Origin: Babesia bigemina
Taxonomy: Eukaryota
Length of the DNA stretch: 25,602 nt
Assembly: GCF_000981445.1 (NCBI RefSeq)
Contig: NC_027219.1
Span: 868,001-893,602 of the forward strand
Reading direction: 5' to 3'
This document shows positions 10,706 to 20,039 of this stretch, piece by piece (the stretch's first letter is position 1; every line of letters starts with the position of its first letter). The notes below the pieces were generated by a model, which saw only the letters and a program-made list of their open reading frames with translations, did not search any database and had not been told where the DNA came from. Position numbers and translations under genes: made by a program.

Positions 10706-10960
10706 ATGGTGTTATATCTTAGTATAGGAATGCTGTCGCTTGTATGGGTGCTTACATGTCTGATTGTTTGTAATATTGCCATCGGGTCAAGCTTGCTAAC
10801 GTATACTAAACATGATTTAGGGACTGTGTTGTTTTTCGTAGGTGGAGTTGCGTTCTTAATTGGTTCTTTGGCATACCTAATTATGGCGTGGCGCGCTTAT
10901 GAGGGGGCAGAAGAGGCTGATAATAATAATGATGAAGATGATGACAAAAAGTGCAATTAA
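10706..10960 (+). CDS. Small two-TM membrane protein, paralog 1 (84 aa, acidic tail)
   Basis: The ATG sits exactly at the end of the constant leader. Protein: MVLYLSIGMLSLVWVLTCLIVCNIAIGSSLLTYTKHDLGTVLFFVGGVAFLIGSLAYLIMAWRAYEGAEEADNNNDEDDDKKCN. It aligns without gaps to paralog 2, and the frame is preserved despite heavy DNA divergence. Confidence 0.8.
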   Translation: MVLYLSIGMLSLVWVLTCLIVCNIAIGSSLLTYTKHDLGTVLFFVGGVAFLIGSLAYLIMAWRAYEGAEEADNNNDEDDDKKCN

Positions 10961-10982
10961 TAGTAGCCTATAGTTTTTTGAG

Positions 10983-12234
10983 ACGCATCGTTGCTGTCGC
11001 AGTTGGTGTATATCGCACTGTGTGTAGTTTGAGTAATGATTGCTCATCATCTGCGGTGTGCTGAGGCGAGTCCACATGCCGTACAATGAAACGGTGGCTC
11101 AACCATGGCCAACGTAAGGGGTGGATAATGCAGCATGTATAACGGGACACAAGCTGCGAACGGAACGATGGATGTAGGGTATATGTATCGTGAATAGAAT
11201 GAAAGGATAAAGCTGGAGCAGTTAGGCTGAACAACGGACGAATTACCGCAGCCTCAAGATGCTTGTAGTCAATGCGTAGGCCTTGTGGCACGCAGATTAG
11301 ACACCTGCATGAAACCACGACACATGAATGTGTGGTTCGGACATTAAACTCGGCGTTGATTAACGCGCGACATGATTAAGCGCGCTTTAAACATGGACTA
11401 TGTCGTTGCTCAACGCAACTACGGACAACAATCATCGCTGGCCGTGGCACGACGCAGATTGCGATCCGGCGAAAGCAAACGACCGTAATCGATGGTCACT
11501 ATAAGGTGCTGCACTGGCAACCGGGGAGCTGTGGAACTGTCCAGGCAGCAACGTGAAGAATCGCAGCACGCAGCATCACCCATAAAACCGGACTTGGCGC
11601 CGAAAAATCACCGTAACAAAAAATACGGCGTAACACTTGATTTATTATTTGTACAGATACGCATGGAAATTCGCTTTCGTGGCGTTGCGCCGAACAACAC
11701 GGATAAAGACACGTTGCATCATTCCACCTTAAATACGCCTCGTAGTGGTATATTCCCGTGCGATTTTTGATTCAGACGTCACATTTCATATTTTAACTGG
11801 AGTGTTCGTTGTATGTGCACAATATATTGTGTATTCTGGGTCGTACAGTCGCTGCACATACACACACGTACGAGTAAGGTGCATAAAGCCCGGATTCTTG
11901 CGATATAGTCGTCACCGATTGGACTGTGCGTGTTAGCTCTGCTATAGTGAGCGTTTAAAAACTGGTATCAAACTTCTCTCGGCGCTGCTGGAGAGTGGAC
12001 GTAGTCGGTATCCGCCCGGACGTCCGACAGTAGCACGGACTGCGAAAATCTGCGGGAGCCTCCTCGTCCGATTGAGGCGGTTGTTGGAGTGTCAAGCATA
12101 GGATTGTGTCGATTGGGGCGAGGTTGTACCCCGCTTTTGCCTGTTGCCCTGCAGCAAGGTTGTACTGGCGCATTAGCGCGGAGCACGCACAAGCATACGA
12201 TATACAGGGCATTCGCAACCATTGGAACGACGAA
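10983..12234 (+). repeat. 1252-bp constant spacer, copy 1 (between ORF1 and ORF2)
   Basis: Matches 12491-13742 at offset 1508. I saw only about 4 substitutions. Confidence 0.95.
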
Positions 12235-12489
12235 ATGGATAGTTGTCTGATGAAGGCCAATATATCTCTCGGCTGTATGCTCGCTGCACTAGTCTGTTCC
12301 AATTTCATTGTGGGTAGCTGTTTGGTAGCCTTCTCTCCCTATGATTTGGAGGCTACACTCTATTTTTTGGGATCGGTTTGTTTCTTTATTGGTTCGTGTG
12401 CATTCGTGATTGTGCCATTCCTTGAAAAACAACCCTCAGCGGGCCACGACGAAGAATGCAACTTTCAATCATATTCCCCACCCTCTTAA
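12235..12489 (+). CDS. Small two-TM membrane protein, paralog 2 (84 aa)
   Basis: MDSCLMKANISLGCMLAALVCSNFIVGSCLVAFSPYDLEATLYFLGSVCFFIGSCAFVIVPFLEKQPSAGHDEECNFQSYSPPS. Shares SL, N, L, DL and L.F.G.V.F..GS.A..I with the other two paralogs. Confidence 0.8.
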   Translation: MDSCLMKANISLGCMLAALVCSNFIVGSCLVAFSPYDLEATLYFLGSVCFFIGSCAFVIVPFLEKQPSAGHDEECNFQSYSPPS

Positions 12490-12490
12490 A

Positions 12491-13742
12491 ACGCAGCGTT
12501 GCTGTCGCAGTTGGTGTATATCGCACTGTGTGTAGTTTGAGTAATGATTGCTCATCATCTGCGGTGTGCTGAGGCGAGTCCACATGCCGTACAATGAAAC
12601 GGTGGCTCAACCATGGCCAACGTAAGGGGTGGATAATGCAGCATGTATAACGGGACACAAGCTGCGAACGGAACGATGGATGTAGGGTATATGTATCGTG
12701 AATAGAATGAAAGGATAAAGCTGGAGCAGTTAGGCTGAACAACGGACGAATTACCGCAGCCTCAAGATGCTTGTAGTCAATGCGTAGGCCTTGTGGCACG
12801 CAGATTAGACACCTGCATGAAACCACGACACATGAATGTGTGGTTCGGACATTAAACTCGGCGTTGATTAACGCGCGACATGATTAAGCGCGCTTTAAAC
12901 ATGGACTATGTCGTTGCTCAACGCAACTACGGACAACAATCATCGCTGGCCGTGGCACGACGCAGATTGCGATCCGGCGAAAGCAAACGACCGTAATCGA
13001 TGGTCACTATAAGGTGCTGCACTGGCAACCGGGGAGCTGTGGAACTGTCCAGGCAGCAACGTGAAGAATCGCAGCACGCAGCATCACCCATAAAACCGGA
13101 CTTGGCGCCGAAAAATCACCGTAACAAAAAATACGGCGTAACACTTGATTTATTATTTGTACAGATACGCATGGAAATTCGCTTTCGTGGCGTTGCGCCG
13201 AACAACACGGATAAAGACACGTTGCATCATTCCACCTTAAATACGCCTCGTAGTGGTATATTCCCGTGCGATTTTTGATTCAGACGTCACATTTCATATT
13301 TTAACTGGAGTGTTCGTTGTATGTGCACAATATATTGTGTATTCTGGGTCGTACAGTCGCTGCACATACACACACGTACGAGTAAGGTGCATAAAGCCCG
13401 GATTCTTGCGATATAGTCGTCACCGATTGGACTGTGCGTGTTAGCTCTGCTATAGTGAGCGTTTAAAAACTGGTATCAAACTTCTCTCGGCGCTGCTGGA
13501 GAGTGGACGTAGTCGGTATCCGCCCGGACGTCCGACAGTAGCACGGACTGCGAAAATCTGCGGGAGCCTCTTCGTCCGATTGAGGCGGTTGTTGGAGTGT
13601 CAAGCATAGGATTGTGTCGATTGGGGCGAGGTTGTACCCCGCTTTTGCCTGTTGCCCTGCAGCAAGGTTGTACTGACGCATTAGCGCGGAGCACGCACAA
13701 GCATACGATATACAGGGCATTCGCAACAATTGGAACGACGAA
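12491..13742 (+). repeat. 1252-bp constant spacer, copy 2 (between ORF2 and ORF3)
   Basis: Near-identical to 10983-12234. Confidence 0.95.
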
Positions 13743-13949
13743 ATGGCATCTGTTTTCATCAGCACATTATCTCTATACTTGACTGTAATAATCTATGCTC
13801 TTTCTAATGTGTCAGTAGCGGTAGGGTTACAAAAATATGGAAAGAAGGATCTCGGATCGGCATTATTCTTCATCGGTTCAGTGTCGTTCTTTGTTGGTTC
13901 ATTGGCGTACGTAATCGTTCCATTTATTACACCGCCATCTGGCGCTTGA
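13743..13949 (+). CDS. Small two-TM membrane protein, paralog 3 (68 aa)
   Basis: MASVFISTLSLYLTVIIYALSNVSVAVGLQKYGKKDLGSALFFIGSVSFFVGSLAYVIVPFITPPSGA. The ATG follows the constant leader, and the conserved motif is the same. Confidence 0.8.
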   Translation: MASVFISTLSLYLTVIIYALSNVSVAVGLQKYGKKDLGSALFFIGSVSFFVGSLAYVIVPFITPPSGA

Positions 13950-14683
13950 TGCATTTCTGGCTACAGGAGTCAAATCCACAATATTCGATGGTTTATCGAA
14001 TGCATAGGCACCTAGATAACTGGAAGTTGTTTTCAAACTGCATTGTGTTGACCTATTAAACGAAAGAAGAATCTCAATGGTGTGATGTGCCAAAAAGGTG
14101 AGCAGAGAATGGCTATGCGATGCACATAAGTGGCGTCAAGCGCTGACGCGTCTCGTCCATGCCGGGTTGGCTATGCGGTTTGCAAGCTTTAAATGATGGC
14201 AGTTCAGTGGAGACTTGCCATAGTACCGTGATCAATCGAATGACGCCGCCAAATTTGTGTTTCGGTTGTGACCCACGCACCGTCCAAGGAAAACGTGCAA
14301 CAATTGTAAGAGTAGGTGGGTGCTGTTTGACATTTCAAGGGTAACCGCCGTACCCATGAGATACCATACACAACAAGTATAGGCAATACGTGCATCAACT
14401 GCCCGACTATCATTGCGTTGGAGTCAAAGGAGTCGAGAAACTAAAGGTGTGAATACCAGAAAGTCGACGGAAGCAAGGTTGGAGCGATAAGTCGAATAAA
14501 TGCTGATGATTTGTTATGCATGTCGATTCGCATTATGGCTAATATGAAAGCTCGCTGTGCGGGCAATAACCACAGGCGAACCGATTTCTAAATGTCTACT
14601 AGTACACGCAGACAAACAAATAGTAAAATACCTCGTATATGGCGCAGGTACGCATTTATGCAATCGTAAAATGAGTCGTACAA

Positions 14684-15013
14684 CCCCATTCCCTGTAAAC
14701 GCCGTAACATTCTGGTTTCGCGGGCAACGGGGTCAAGGTGCAGCTAGCAGAGTGGCATACATTAGTGCTGCACCGGTACGAGGTGCGGCTGACAGTGCAG
14801 ACACCCACCTGGCCATAGTCCGCTGCAATTAGGGACCTTCAGACGCACAGAAGGCAGGACGCAAGGCTCCAAAACCTCGCGAACTGCACGGCGGCGCTCA
14901 TGCGGGACACACGTGCCGAGGAAGCAGAAGCCACCGAATTGGCGCACGCATATCGCGCTTACACATGACAGCAACAGGCACAATGCGCTCAAACAAAGCG
15001 TCAAATGCCGCAC
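14684..15013 (-). pseudogene. Truncated 5' fragment of the AKR gene with the presumed start codon changed from ATG to GTG
   Basis: Copy A reads ccATGcgacat (MRHLTL) on the minus strand, while copy B reads ccGTGcggcat (VRHLTL). Homology ends at 14684 and no AKR body follows. Confidence 0.7.
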
Positions 15014-15359
15014 GGAAGGACGGTGGCATGTGGAAGGCAACACGGCGGTGCGCAGACACACCGGCCGCATCCTAACGCGCTCCCGGTCCTACATCGCAGA
15101 ACACAACAGCAGTGCGCAAATAATATCGAGAAGTAGTCGCCAGGTCCTGCTCACGCGATAACGCGGCCAGCACGAACGCCGACAGGGGCCACACACTCGC
15201 GCTACAAGCACGCACATCCCAAACGCCGCGGTGCCGGCGTACCGCAAATCGCAAACATCATACACTCACAGACATCGCAGAGAAAATATATCGGGTGGCT
15301 ATACTCAATATCGCCACCGAAATGGTCGCAAAAGATAGGAAGGCACTCAGCATCCAGCA
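14684..15359. repeat. 676-bp direct repeat, copy B (carries the functional RRP45 start and a dead AKR 5' fragment)
   Basis: Colinear with 9660-10335 and runs directly on into intact RRP45. Confidence 0.95.
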
Positions 15360-16497
15360 CATCGACTTCTTGCAACTTCCAGAGGCGGACACTAGCACGG
15401 TCAAAATAGGCGAAACACTGTTGCACGCAAAATGTAGAATCGATGGTAGAGGCGTCAACCAATGTAGATCTCTTCGTGTTAAGACATATTCGAAGCCCGG
15501 GCACGTAGGTTTATGACTGACGTTCATTGACGCAACGACTTAACCGAATGTCGTGGAGTTTCATATATATATAATCGTCATTGTGATGCAAGATTAACGC
15601 AACGCAGGTGTATCTTTCACTAGGCAACACCGATGTGTTCGTAGCAGTCAACGGTGAAATATCTGAGCCCAACCTGGAGAGGCCGAATGAAGGAACACTC
15701 GCTTTTTACGTGGAGGTCGCGCCAATGTGTTCACAAGTTTACGAGCCTGGCAGGCAAACAGAGCATGAGCTTCAGATATTGCAAATACTAGAAAAGGCGT
15801 TCAAGGATTCCGGTGCCGTCGACGTGGAGTCTCTATGCATAGTAGTGGGAAGATATGTGAGTAACAAAACACCAGTCAAACATTCAAACGTAGGTATGGT
15901 CTCTCAGGATTGACGTGAGCGTTCAACAAAATGACGGGAACCTTCAAGACGCTTGCGTACTCGCGGTTCTGGCTGCGCTGATGACATTCAGAAAACCGGT
16001 AGGTTGCCTGCGGTTACGCGCGCTTATATCGCGCAGGATACTTGTCCTTCAGCAGGTGATGCTGACGCCATTCAGCTTAACGCATATTACACGTCGCCGC
16101 TAAGGTATGGGCTCCGCATCAGACGTCTCCATCATGCGCAGCATGTATCACACGCCAATACACGTGTCCGTCGGATTATTGGAAGATGCAGAGCATTGTA
16201 TCGTCGACACAAACTCGTTTGAAGAACTATTCGTTAATACGCATGTAAGAACGCAATCAATATCGCACAAATCCGCGCCTTAGGTATCGCTCCTGTTCAA
16301 CAATTTCGGGGACCTATTCGCAGTGCAGAAGCACGGCGGAGGTGCAGTAACGTTGGAACGGATTGAACAAGCAATAGAAGTACGTTTTGGCGATTGTATA
16401 TCAACTTAATCAGGTTGGGAGACAAACGGCAGTTGACCTATACAAGACCATGGCGGCACAGGTGTCAAAGACATGCACTATGAAGGCGGTTGTATGA
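15322..16497 (+). CDS. RRP45: Exosome complex RNase PH-like subunit RRP45 (EXOSC9); 7 exons
   Basis: Exons: 15322-15504, 15608-15856, 15894-15998, 16037-16104, 16142-16244, 16284-16379, 16414-16497. All introns are GT-AG (34-39 nt, plus one of 103 nt). Motifs: RIDGRGVNQCR, LGNTDV, EPNLERPNEG, AVDVESLCIVVGRYVWSLRIDV, NDGNLQDA, AALMTFRKP, HTPIHVS, QKHGG. These favour RRP45 over RRP42/43. Confidence 0.9.
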
Positions 16498-17014
16498 TCG
16501 ATCCGCTTCGTCGCTACCCTCGGATGTCGTTCACAATGCAGTTTCGATTGTGCAAATGCCATCACTGTGGTGCAGTTCGTTTTATATCAACGTCCACTCT
16601 GTCATTCCAGTGACAATTCAACTTGGACTAAACATATAGTCTTAGAGTAGCAAACGTCACAGGTAACGGCATCAATTCCTTTACAATTGTCATTTGCGGA
16701 ATTTTGTCCACGTGTGCCTTACAACTCTGGCTGACAACGACGCTCAGCTGTAACAATACTTCTCGTACATTTGAACCGAAAGTCGCCGTCCTATTTGACC
16801 AGACGACTTCAAGAAGTCTCCAATGCTTTCAGACATATAACCGCCGGTTGTGATACCGGGATATGATACAAGTGTTGTGAGTCGTCGAATTTTATTGAAA
16901 TTTTTTAAGTTCGTCAAAATTCATACGTGTGGCTGGGGCCGACGCTCTTTTTTACAAGGCTACTGCCTCACGCTCATGACGCAGATGACGAGGATTATGA
17001 CGGCGGCGATGGCG

Positions 17015-17426
17015 ATGATGTAAGGGGCAGGTGTCATGGTTAATTCACTCCTCATGTGATTGGTCATCAACTCAATCACTACTCTGTCTAGACATTAGAT
17101 ATCAGTTGCCAGTTAGGTTAGTGTGATCAGCTGCGCAGTAGATACCGCACCCTGTGGAACGGCCGGATGCGGAAGTAGACCATGACGCAGATGACGACGA
17201 TGATGAGGGCGACGGGGACGATGATGTAAGGGGCAGGTGTCATGGTTAATTCACTCCTCATGTGATTGGTCATCAACTCAATCACTACTCTGTCTAGACA
17301 TTAGATGTCAGTTGCCAGTTAGGTTATTGTGACTAGCTGCGCAGTAGATACCGCACCCTGTGGAACGGCCGGATGCGGAAGTAGACCATGACGCAGATGA
17401 CGACGATGATGAGAGCGACGGGGACG
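17015..17426. repeat. ~206-bp tandem duplication of the 3' end (TM, tail and downstream DNA) of the Cys-rich gene, with a third degenerate TM remnant at ~16960-17020
   Basis: 17015-17220 matches 17221-17426; for example gcagtagataccgcaccctgtggaac occurs at 17135 and 17341. Confidence 0.9.
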
Positions 17427-17818
17427 GCGGCGATGATGATGGGAAGGATGGCGGGGGATGACGTCGAGTCATCGGTGAGCTGCTGTTGACTGGCAGTGTG
17501 AGGATCTGCACGGGAGGAGGTGTAGTGACCGGGGGACTGTGCGGCACTGCAGTTAGTAACTTGTTCACTTGAACACTTCTTTTTACAACACTCACATTGA
17601 CATGTAGACTCTTTGCCTCTACATTTGGTATTACAATCGAAAGTTTCGCATTTGTAACTCGGGTCTGCGTATGTAGTGCGCTTAAGGTAATGTGGCTTAC
17701 ATCCCTTGCAATTACCGTTATTCTTACATTTTTTACAACACCACGGACAACAAATACAGCTAATACCCATTACACATCCAGTATCACATTCACAATCGTG
17801 CCTCAGCAACCCCGACAT
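17333..17818 (-). CDS. Small Cys/Lys-rich protein with an S/T/P linker, C-terminal TM and short basic tail (161 aa); subtelomeric surface-antigen-like
   Basis: ATG 17818 to TAG 17333. Contains the clusters CECDTGC, CICCPWCCKKCK and CQCECCKKKC, the TM ILPIIIAAVPVALIIVVICVMVYF and the tail RIRPFHRVRYLLRS. No signal peptide. The resemblance to Babesia VESA1 architecture is an inference. Confidence 0.75.
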   Translation of the reverse strand: MSGLLRHDCECDTGCVMGISCICCPWCCKKCKNNGNCKGCKPHYLKRTTYADPSYKCETFDCNTKCRGKESTCQCECCKKKCSSEQVTNCSAAQSPGHYTSSRADPHTASQQQLTDDSTSSPAILPIIIAAVPVALIIVVICVMVYFRIRPFHRVRYLLRS

Positions 17819-17871
17819 CTTCCCGCTCCCCTCCCAGTCCCCTCAACGTGCAAACATATGTCAATCACTTA

Positions 17872-17966
17872 AGCAACGCACTCACCGACCACTCATGAAC
17901 ACGCACCTCAGCAACGCACTCACCAACCTACAACATGAACACGCGCCTAAGCAACGCACACTGACC
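17872..17966. repeat. Short ~38-40 bp tandem repeat (about 2.5 copies) upstream of the Cys-rich gene
   Basis: agcaacgcac occurs at 17872, 17910 and 17950. The first two are each followed by catgaacacgc.cct. Confidence 0.75.
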
Positions 17967-20039
17967 GTCGCCCATCTGCGCTCCGAACAACCGGATGGGC
18001 GCCATTCGGCGCACAGGCAGCCACTTCGCTACTATGCAGCTATCACAACATCAAAACGTTATAAGCTACGCATGTGGATGATATCCCTGCCGTGGCATGC
18101 AGGTAAACCGGTGCCAGTAGGACAGTCCACTCTGCATCACAGACAACGCCACCCCTGTAACAGCCTGCAAGTGCCGTGATGTTTGTGCTTTGTGAAGCAA
18201 CGCTGTACACTAAAGCACATTCAGCGAAGTCACCACTTACTGTCATGCCTACTACAAACTCCCCGTTGCCGTGCCACCCAGTCGCCACCCCGTCGGATTG
18301 CCCCGGCATCAGCCACCATCTCTACCAACGGTGCCAATCCGTTGGTTGTACACGGAATCAATCGTTAGATGATACGGTATGGTGGCGCGGTATGTAGGCC
18401 ATTCCTTAAGCCAGGACGGCAGTCGTCAGACAGCAACATAGAACAACACCCACCACGTCCACAGTCCACCCTGTCACACATCCTTGGTTAGGTCCCCATG
18501 ACGCTCAAAAAACGTTTTACAAACGTATGAGTAACTTTTATCATGAGGTCAACACGCATCACCAACTCAGTTTTACGTCTGGCGTCCAGGCCGCCGGGGG
18601 GAGTGCATTAGGGTTTCGGCTGGGTGAGGTGTACTGCACCGAAGCAGTGACGGGGGTTGGGGGAGTTATCGTGGTAGCACACATTAATCACTGAGTAGAT
18701 ATGTTATGCTGCTGCTGGCGTGCGTGTTCGAATCTATAATCGCCCATCCACTGGTTTGGTGTCATGTAGGTCGGGCACCTGGGCTAGTCCCAGCCACCTA
18801 GCAATCATCACAGTGGTTAGTGCGACTAGAGACGGATCATAGAGATGGAACGGCGCGGGGTATTGGCGTATCATAACAGAAGTGCCTGGGGGTGGCGCCG
18901 TGATTTGCCGCTGTTGTGCCACATCCCTCAGTGCTGCAGTGGGCCACACGGTGGATGGGACAAGTAGGTAATTAGCGGTGGTACTTGTGATACGCATTAA
19001 TTTGAGGTTAATGCTGCACGAATAGCGAATATTAGGCGTCAAATGATGAGTGGTTGCCATATCGCGTTGGTCAGACTCATGTCCAGCTGGCCGCACCCAG
19101 GTGGAGGCACCGCCAGCTGCAAAACGAACGCTATCCATGAGGTGGGAAACCGCTGACTGTGTACGGACCATCACTCTAGAGACGCAGCAGGTACTCAACA
19201 CGGGATCATCATGGTGTTTCATACGCTTTGCAGACCGACGGATCTGAGGAGCCGTGTCTCGACAGTGCTGACGAGCACTTGTGTTATCAGCTTGGCGGCG
19301 TGTCTCTTGATGAGGCAGGGGAGAGCATGTCGGCCGCTGATGAACGCGTCGAGTAATGTATTATTATGATTACTATTTAGTGCCAGCAACTCAATTTAGT
19401 AGGGAGGCGGAATGAGGTCTGACATTCCGGCCATCCCTTTCGTGGTCAAGATCGCAATTAACATCAGGCATATTAATTTAATGCGGAGAGGAATCGGTGC
19501 GTGTTTGTGTTTATGATGTGCGTTGTAAATGTCGATTTGACTGCTTGATTCATGACGTGTGGAGTGTGGCTTGGTCAGAGCGTTGCCTGGCACCGTGGTT
19601 AGATAGTTGGTGGGCCTTTTGGGTAGCGCTTTGGTGAGGTGTTTTGTTTGTGATTTGGTTGATGGGTTGGTTGTGTAGTTGCTCATTGTTTTGGTAAAGG
19701 TGTTGTATAATGTGCTGTGCAGTGATATGTTGAGTGGTTTGCTTTCGTCTTGATCACGTCGGTGCCTGCCGGTCAGTGGCTGGTCGTGGCGGTGAAGCGC
19801 CGAAATAGAGACACTGAGTAGCGTGACAGTAGCGTTGATTAGGCACACGGGTAGCGCAGTCATAGCGTTGGTAGCGGCGGGGAAAGGTGCGTGGTTGCGC
19901 TGCCAGTCCATCCGTCACACTCAGGCAGCGGGGAGTCATGACGGTGGAGGTGGGCTTGGTGATTAAGGTGGTGGAGTTGTAGGCGTATTGTACGCTGAGT
20001 TAGGCGGCACATAGAGATTGTGAGTGCGTAGTGAGATTA

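Noticed and set aside
10968..13765. Repeated ORFs within the constant spacers (116, 92, 63, 84, 117 aa etc.)
   Set aside because: They recur only because the DNA is duplicated. Most have non-ATG starts and none shows protein-like features. A small spliced gene in the spacer cannot be fully excluded.
10336..14683. Insert as a classical transposon or LTR element
   Set aside because: No transposase, integrase or RT ORF and no terminal inverted repeats. The flanking direct repeats are host gene sequence, not LTRs.
18608..18616. Isolated ttagggttt telomere-like motif
   Set aside because: A single copy, expected by chance.
18734..19911. Minus-strand ORFs of 162 aa and 171 aa in the subtelomere
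   Set aside because: No motifs. The T/H/K/N-rich composition of the 171-aa ORF mirrors the local G/T strand skew, so coding status is unsupported.
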